A DNA stretch of 57,850 nucleotides, the filler included, from Sphacelaria rigidula (lineage: Eukaryota): NCBI GenBank assembly GCA_964200075.2. It is 7 parts of 7 records of this genome, joined end to end, with 100 filler letters (N's around TTAATTAATTAA, not from the genome) between each part and the next. Parts side by side here need not be neighbours in the genome. Positions count along the whole stretch, not along the records: positions 49,674 to 57,850 come from CAXNAA020012015.1; 6 more parts are not named here. One strand, given 5' to 3'. Positions 49,994-57,850 of this stretch are shown in pieces. The position numbers and the translations under genes are program-made. The notes beneath the pieces were generated by a model. It did no database searches. It had not been told where the DNA came from and saw nothing but the letters and a program-made list of their open reading frames with translations. Within the stretch, counting starts at the first letter, position 1. Each line of letters opens with the position of its first letter.

Positions 49994-51787
49994 CGAGCTG
50001 GGCCAGCCGAGAAGCGAATTTGTAGTTTGCACGCCCATTAACCGGCCAATATTTAGAGTTGTACTTTGAAATTTGGTATGGCCAATTAATAGGGTATGGC
50101 AAAAAACAAATACCAGTGCACACAAGGTTTTTTATTATTTCTTCATGAGTTAAGGGCATCGTACTGACAGTATACCACATATTCAGGAACTGTCCATTGA
50201 GGCCTGTTTGACCCTAAAAGTGGTGTCGCGATAGTATCGTGATAGAAAGAAAGACACATTTCTCTATCGCGATGCTATCGCAATCGACAGAAATGGCCAG
50301 GATTGACATCGCGATAGCATCGTTTACGACGAGAGAAAATCAAATTCAGCTAAATGGTCTGGTCCTACATATTTCCTCGTGAAAATGGTTACAGTCGCCA
50401 GTGGTCGTTGCAAAAAGTTGTGTGATCCTGTGGCAGAAATTTCGTAATGGGTGTGAACGACATTTCATAATATGTATAAAAGCCGCTCAGGCCCCTTCAA
50501 ACAGCTGTTCAGGCCCCTTCTCGACAGATTTAGCAAGTAAATCAGGGGTGTCGCGATATTATCGTGATGAAAAATATCAATAATTTATCTCTATCGCGAT
50601 GCCAATCCTGGTCATTTCTGTCCATCGCGATAGCACCGCGATGGAGAAATTTGGCTTCTTCCCTATCGCGATACCGTCGCGATAGAAAAATTTAGCCAAA
50701 ATGTACAGTTCCAGAATATGTAGGGGTCCCCGTACTGATACCTGAGAACTGATTATTGGCCTAAATTCATGAAAAAAATGAAATTTGTGTGCACTGATAT
50801 TCGTTCTCATCATGCCTTATTCATTGTCTACACCAAATTTCAGGGCCCAACTCTAAATATTGGCCGGTTAATGGGCCGTTTAGTGACGGGATCGGAACAA
50901 ATTCAGAACAGTATTTTTCAGGCCACTCACCGGACCACGTTTGTTTGGTGTTTGCGTATCGAAATTTTATGTGCGCCCTCGCTAGCGCATAGTTAGCAAA
51001 ACAATGTGGGTCAGGCTCTGATGCTTTTCATTCTTTTCACTGGTTGACGGCGTTTTAGTATGGAAACGACCATTTTTTTTACCATAACGCCCGAACCTCT
51101 CCCCCCGCCATAAAAATAATTGAGGGCCCATTTTTTTTATCCAGCATATCTCTATGGTTCTTCATGCTGAGTTTCGAATCACATTTTTAAAATTTGAGCA
51201 AAAAATTAAGATGAGGCCCTGGAGCACTGGTCATTTCTCCTCAAAACTACCCTAAACCGGAAAAAAACAATGAAAAAACAATGGAAAAAAAAGAGAAAAA
51301 GCCGTGTTTTTCAGCTTCATCGTGCACCATCGGTTCTCCATACGAAATTTCATAATATAGCTCTCACGAACTGAGACGCGATATCCACATTTAGTTCATC
51401 TGGTGCCTCTGCTCGTAGTATATTGATTTTAGTATGAAAAATTATGTGCGCCATATCTCGAGATAGACAACGGATTCGGTGAAGGTGAGGGTATCTATCG
51501 TCTCCCCGTGCTCCAGGGAATGTGCACACCAAAAATCGTCGTCACCCGCTGAATGTATCGATCGGGGGTTTCATATAGATTTAAGTATGGACGCTATCGC
51601 CGTTAGGTATAGGAATTACTAGACGTGGGATTTAATAACGACAAAATATTGGCCGAGACTTTTGAGCAGATGGGCACCTTCCCCTTGGTTAGACGATCAT
51701 ACTGTATGAGGATCATGGGCCAACTCGTCTGTGTCGATCAGATATTGCTTTCAGAGCTTCAATCCGTTTTTAGGCTGGCCCAGCTCG
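49994..51787. mobile_element. 1.8-kb non-autonomous element with CGAGCTGGGCCAGCC TIRs and an internal 840-bp foldback (50034-50875)
   Basis: Perfect 15-bp TIR with CA/TA flanks; internal CCCATTAACCGGCCAATATTTAGAGTT inverted pair and many ATCGCGAT palindromes. Confidence 0.7.
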
Positions 51788-52757
51788 TAGACTGTTGTTG
51801 CTTACGGTTGTCTTTTTTGGGGGGTGTTTGGCATATTTGACGCGGTTTGGGCCCCCAAACCGGAAACATCGGCATCACACGTCCCGGACACTTTGCATCA
51901 TCCCACCGATAGGAGTAGCCCACTCGTGTTTTCCTCGTATGTTGTCCCTTTGTCGACTTCCCTTTAGCGAGTGTTCCCTTTTTGGTTTGCCTCGGGTACG
52001 CCTGTCATTATGATAATGGATGATGACCACAGCTGGATCTCTCGAAGATCAGTTAATGTTCTAATGTTCGACATCCAATCAATCAATCAAGGCTAAATAA
52101 TCCTTGTTGGTCGCTTCCGTTTTGTGCGCCAATGGCCCTGCAGTAAAAGAGCCCTGCTGCACTATTCGCAGGCCTTTTGACGCGAGGCCGTCTTTTGGAA
52201 CACCATCACCGACCGAAACTTCGAAGTCGATGACCCCGATGCTCCGACTGAGCAACTACGCTTGATACTGCATTTGTAACAACAGACACAAAACACGCCC
52301 AATCTTCCATGCTCCCCACCTCCCAGGTCATGCAAATTTGTGTAGCGAATTGGCTGTTTTCTCAAATATATCCAGTCCAGCCCTCGATTTCGAATCGATC
52401 CGTGGGATCGTGAGCCCAAGGGTTTTCAATATCTTCACTAAGTCAAGCCACCATTCTCGTTTCATTTGCCTCTGTGATTACCGTTTGCCCCATGTGAATA
52501 GTGGCGACTATATGCAGCGTGAGCCCATGTGGAAGCCTGATATCCAATACCCATGCGCCCGTTAACAGCTGTAGTGCCTGTACCGTCCGCCGCGCACTCA
52601 ATGAACAGCGGAGAGTGTAACCTGAAGGTGGTGCGTTCTGGATACAGTACTTTTTCAAGAGAATATTTTCAAAGTTGAGGATGGAGCTGATCCTTGAGGA
52701 TGATAATCCGAAGAATTAAAATCGTCGTATCCACATCAAATCTCAAAATATGGCTGC

Positions 52758-53021
52758 ATTCCTCCACCTACTGGTAGCTGTTGACAACTACTACATGCTA
52801 TACGATTTTGGATTTTGGGGTCCTAGGCGAAAAAACAACCAGGGGAAATTCAGGTGATTTTAGTTTTCGATAACTACTGCATGCCATACAAATTTGAATC
52901 CCGATGACCGAAATTTTGAGGTCCTACGTGAAAAACGATAGGATCCCAAACTTCTGGGTCATGGGGATCCAATTTGTGTGGCATGTAGTGGTTGTCAACA
53001 GCTACCAGTAGATGGAGGAAT
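52758..53021. mobile_element. 264-bp MITE-like element
   Basis: 41-bp TIR ATTCCTCCA(C/T)CTACTGGTAGCTGTTGACAAC(T/C)ACTACATGC with 2 mismatches; no clear TSD. Confidence 0.78.
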
Positions 53022-53022
53022 T

Positions 53023-53850
53023 TGTGTGTTGTTATACCATCTATTCTGGACGCCAGTACCGGTCGCCCCGGTGGCTCATTGGTAACCTCGAAATCTTCTG
53101 ACGGTTGGGTCGAGGGTTCCGAATCTCGGTGCAGTCACGCGATCTGGATTTTTTTCTCACACAATGCCCAACAGTGGAAAATGATTGTCATGTCGTGAGT
53201 ACACAAAATTCGACCTCATCGTCGACGAGGGAGAGGGGGGGGGCGTACTCATTTGTTGCTTGCCTTAGTTGTTTGACCATTGACCACGCATTCCTTTCGA
53301 GACGGAGCACGAGGGAGAGGGAGGGCTGAACCCCTCTCTCGATGAAAAAATAAGGCAGCCACCGCAGAAGGAAGGTGGAGAACTAAAACAAATAGAGAAG
53401 AAGAACTCCTGTGTTGGCCTTCCCCCTGTGTGACCCCGGCTGGTGCGCCCACATACTCCGAAAGGTGTAGACTGGCGTCCAGAATAGATGGAATGACAAC
53501 ACACAAAACAACGCAGTTTACACCTTTCGGTATCTGTGGGCGCATGCATCAGCCGGGGTCACACACGAGGAATGCCAACACGGGAGTTCTATCTTTTTTG
53601 TTATGTTTTTTTTCGTACTCCTCCTTCCGTGTGCGGTGCTTGTCATATTTTTTATCGCGAGAGGGGTTCAGCGGTTCTTTTCCCTCGGCGACCGTGAAGT
53701 CGAATTTTGTGTACCCACGACAATGTGGCTCTCCACTGTTGGGCATGATGTAAGAAAAATCCCAGGTCGTGTGATTTCCCGGAGGTTCGAACCCACGATC
53801 TAACCGGCAGAAGGTTTCGAGGTTACCAGCTAAGCCACCGGTGTGATCGG
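53023..53850. mobile_element. Nested retroelements: minus-strand SINE split by a plus-strand SINE (53058-53505), itself split by a LINE tail (53238-53310)
   Basis: The minus copy 53850-53512 stops at AAAGGTGTAAACTG and its missing tail is at 53057-53023; the inner LINE tail has TSD ACGAGGGAGAGGG. Confidence 0.82.
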
Positions 53851-55440
53851 CTCCTTGGAATGTAAACATATTTCGAAGAATTGTGTAGAGACAAAGAAAA
53901 GTTTCATCCTCATTTCGAAAGTCGACTGACCGGACACATGCGGTGTAGTGCAGTGCACTACGGTACCACCAGCACCCCGTGAGAGTCGGAAGGTGAGTCT
54001 CTATCTGCGCTGATCATCCCGGTCATTCTGTGTAGAGCGCGTTGTCTCCAAGGTCAACATTTTCTCACTGGGCAAGGTGGCTGCGCGGCATCGCTTCTCC
54101 CTGAAGACATCTGTAGCATTCGGGGTTACAGGCATACAATGCAAGTTGTGTTCACCTCAGAGTACCCGTTCAGCACACATCGAGACGTCTGTGTGCACAT
54201 GTCAGGCAATAAGCACTTTGACGAAAAAAAGTAGTTCATTTTTGGTTTGCTTCGCTTTCCCGGCAGATAATCGAGGAATAGAGTCTATTTGTTCATCACC
54301 TGCCAGTAGTGCCCCGCTTCTGTGGTGACAGCGTGACAGGCAGACACGTTCTGAGTACTGGCTGCATGTACGTTGGGGAAGCCTCGGCGACAAATGACAG
54401 ACGAATTTTCCAAGTTTCTCGGGGCGGACTCGCCACCACCTGGTTTCACGGAACACATCGTTTTGGCCAGACAGAAGCGCTGTTATCGGTGGACCACCAC
54501 AAGCTGATCGAAGTCGTGATTAGGCACAGTCGTTGCAGCCCACTTCACCGGGGATAATTGTGTTCGGGGGCTGACCGTACCGCACTGTTTTATTTTGGCG
54601 TGGAGGGTTGACAGATTCTCAGATACTCGCAGCATGACCTATGTCTACCAGCACTTAGCCTAGTGAGGAAGAATGGACCCATCGGGACTCATACGGTAGG
54701 CGTATACGGAACACCAGCGGACACTGAGGGGTGCTGATGGGACCGTCTAAATCAAATTATATTGACTATTGAACTTTCAACAGCCTGCGGAAACGGTCGA
54801 AGAGGCTGGCAAACGACCAATCCTGATGGTGCACCCTGCTACTGCTGGTCCCCGTCACAGGATGGTGGCCGCATCTCAGGCCCCATCACATCCCGTTACT
54901 TCAGTCCTTAAACCATACATCTATGCAGGACTTTATCTACTCCACCAAAAACGAAAACCTGAAGGCAAAAGAAAGGAGTTGTCTGCAGTGTACCTACACC
55001 CAATGTATTATACTGTAAGGGTCGAAACATTCGAAACCGTGATGGTGGCACGGGAATCGAAGGATCAACCCACAAGTTGACAGCCCTATTAGTACTAATC
55101 TACACCAGTGCTAGTCAGGCGCGCAAACGTGAAGTGATAGGTGGGAGCAGGCATCGACAGGGGTTGTTTGATGTATTCAGATGTCGTGATGAGACTCTCT
55201 CGTGCAAGTTGAAATACTCACCTTGCAAAGCAGGCATGAGAGTTCTCGAGGAGGACGCCGACGACACCTAACCATTCAAGTAGGATGTGCTCTTCATGTC
55301 TTGGCCACAGCACGTTGTGTGGAATCTTCAGGGCAAGCGTCGAGCTGTGCGTTTCGCTGAAAGCCTACCCTATGCTCGTTCTCCTACCGACTCGTTCGCA
55401 GACGTGATACGCACAAAAGGTTCGCCTTCTCGTCGCAAAA

Positions 55441-55905
55441 ATGGATCCCCCTACGAAGGACAAGGCAGCGCCTTCCAACCAGCATTCGACAAAGGATTCA
55501 AAGCGCATTTCGATAGACGCAAAAATCGTCTATGGAGTTGTGGGCTGTTGCGTACTTGTTGGTGTTGCTTTGATAGTGGCAGGGGCTGTCGTTCATAGTC
55601 AACATCAGGCAGGAACCCACGACTGTACTTGCAACAGTGACGTATGTTGTGAAACATTCCATAGCCTATGCTCTGAATGTTGGTGCCATGCGCCTGGGGA
55701 GCAGGAAACTGGCTACTGTGGGGATTACGAGACGAGCGTAAGCGACAACGGCGCACTTGGAATTGCGACTGCCGGGCTAGTCGTGTGTGTCATATGTGCA
55801 GCCATGCTCGTAACTATGCGTTGGTGTAAGGAGTGGTCAGAGAAGAACTTACACGTGAATTATCCCCAGGTTACTCCAGTGGACCAGACAGAAGAGAGAG
55901 TTTGA
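55441..55905 (+). CDS. Intronless 154-aa protein, two TM helices and an 8-Cys loop, function unknown
   Basis: AAAAATGG start; hydrophobic IVYGVVGCCVLVGVALIVAGAVV and ALGIATAGLVVCVICAAMLVTM flank CTCNSDVCC...CSECWC...YC. Confidence 0.72.
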   Translation: MDPPTKDKAAPSNQHSTKDSKRISIDAKIVYGVVGCCVLVGVALIVAGAVVHSQHQAGTHDCTCNSDVCCETFHSLCSECWCHAPGEQETGYCGDYETSVSDNGALGIATAGLVVCVICAAMLVTMRWCKEWSEKNLHVNYPQVTPVDQTEERV

Positions 55906-57342
55906 TTGTCGTGGGTTCTGCGATGAGCCCCCGTAAGCGAGTACATAGGTAGCAATATATAGATGGTCAGTGTTCCGTCGGTCGGGTTTCGGTTGATGTC
56001 ATGGGAATATCGATATGTAAAATTTTGTAGTCTGTTGGCTGGTGAATAATGCCAATCGTCAGGGATGCTCACTTGGCAGTTCGGTGCTGTTATGTATATA
56101 TATAGCCAATGAAGCATTATACATAGCGTGTCGCTTTAAACAAAGATAACCTTCACGGTTGTTCTGGTAGAGGGATATACGCCACAATATCATGTAAAGG
56201 TGGAATATAATCGCATTACTTGGAGGAACCCGATAACCGGCCAAACAAGTAGTCCCGTATGTAGCAGGAACTAAATATGGGGGTTGTAATGGGAAGCTAG
56301 ATTCCTCGATGTTGGAGCTGAGCATGCTGATGAAGCAGCAAGTCGGTATGGATGGATTCGTTCTTGTCTGTATCCGGTGCTGAAGGTTTCAGCAGCTACT
56401 TTCGAGATTGTTCGCTTGCTTGGGTAATCGAGACCTCCGTCGAATCTGTGGAGTACAGGTGTGGTATTTTTCGGACACCTATTATCAGTGTATATTTCGC
56501 GTGTGGTGAGTAGTGCACGATTGGAGTGCATATTAGAGGGGAAGGGAGGGTGACGGAACGACAATCACTTCGAAAGGTTTTCCTGAATAGGCGGCAGCAT
56601 ATATATATATATATATGCGTCGATGTTACCGTAGCGTAATACAAGGCGGGCAGGCCTTCAAGTAAATATGCCTCGTCCTAGACGGCGAGAATATGTGTAT
56701 CTTCCGCAGATTTCTCGGCTTCCATGCTCGCAATTCCGCTTGTCTTGATGAAGGGAGGCTGCAATTTTACACGGCTCACTATTGCGAGGTGATGTAAGTT
56801 TTCTGATTTGGATTATATAAACGCGAACCCTCAAAACCGATACTACTGTTGCTTGTTCCATGCAGTTTGGCTCGCGCACAGCCCCGGTACGGCTCGTACC
56901 ACGATTGAACTTTCATGGTGTTTTACGCAATATAGCTTTGCTCCTGTTGGGGACGGTCACAACGACTTTGAGCGCTTGCGGTGCGGTGATGACTCAGTGA
57001 AATAACGTAGAGTGAAGTGTGGCAGGTGGCCCCAAACTGTGAGCGATATATTTTTTTTCCCGCGGAAAGTGGAAACGGCCGAGGAACGTTTCCGAAACTG
57101 CAGTAGCTTCACCGGTTATAGAACAGATCCGTCATGGTTGCTCTGTAAGTACAGTCCGCAAAATGCGCGAATCGTGAAATGGGGACGCTGATGAGAAGCC
57201 TTGTTTATCGTGGCGCCACATCTCCACAGCATTGATATGATTGGGGTAGTCGATTTCGGGAAATCAAGAAGCCTTGCTAACTCGTCGAGGAGCCTGAGCA
57301 TCAATCGCCAGGGTGTCATTTGAGATAGGCGCTCATTTTTTT

Positions 57343-57543
57343 ATTCCAGTTTTCAAATTGGTCGTTGTCTCAGGCTATTCCAGATTCGGCATTAGATTTC
57401 TGTGACAGAAAACAATTTCGTTTTTTCGGAATACTTTTTTTTTTTTTTTTAATTCCAATTTTTAAATTCGTTGTTGTCTCAGGCTATTCCAGACTCGGCA
57501 TTAGATTTCTGTGACAGAAAACACTCTCGTTTTTCTCGCAATA
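57343..57543 (+). repeat. ~110-bp tandem duplication
   Basis: GTTGTCTCAGGCTATTCCAGA(T/C)TCGGCATTAGATTTCTGTGACAGAAAACA occurs twice, separated by poly(T). Confidence 0.9.
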
Positions 57544-57850
57544 ATTTTCCAAAAACAAGAACTTTTCAAAAAAGGAGCTGAACTTTTCGAAAAACTGCTC
57601 AAACCATGACCCCATTATCCGGAGTACAGGGTAGTACACTCAAGACAAGACAATTTTGCAGTGGTGTATGGATCACAGAGTACTACACTCAACACAAAAC
57701 AACACATCAATTCTCCAGCATGACGAGAAATCACGCACCGTTCTAATCGTGTTCCGCACGAGAAGGAGAAGAAACAACAGCAAACAGTGTTTTCGTGAGA
57801 TTGAGAGTAGATGATACGATTGAGAGTGAAAAGCGGTGAATCAGTGAATC

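Overview
Eukaryotic, intron- and repeat-rich DNA, most likely from a photosynthetic stramenopile such as a brown alga. This is an inference from spliceosomal genes with multi-kb introns and signal-peptide+Phe bipartite plastid leaders. The window is not one locus: seven contigs of 8177-8179 bp are joined by artificial N44-TTAATTAATTAA-N44 linkers, so adjacency across linkers means nothing. Recognisable gene pieces: a SYF1/XAB2 first exon, a Tic20-family exon, a USB1 exon and two exons of a plastid-targeted ankyrin protein. Also present are a membrane-anchored protein with a Ly6/uPAR-like RGC...CCxxDLCN signature, an intronless 2-TM Cys-rich protein, a decayed USP-like peptidase and a frameshifted ET-domain-like exon. 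Most of the remainder is transposon debris: a tRNA-derived SINE with a (CA)n tail, poly(C)-tailed LINE 3' ends, MITEs with hAT-, piggyBac-, mariner- and Harbinger-type target duplications, and foldback repeats. No rRNA, true tRNA or CRISPR array is supported, and I see no convincing multi-gene novel system. The best leads are the Ly6-like protein, the poly(C)-tailed retroelements and the USP-like relic. All homology calls come from motif recognition by eye, not database searches.
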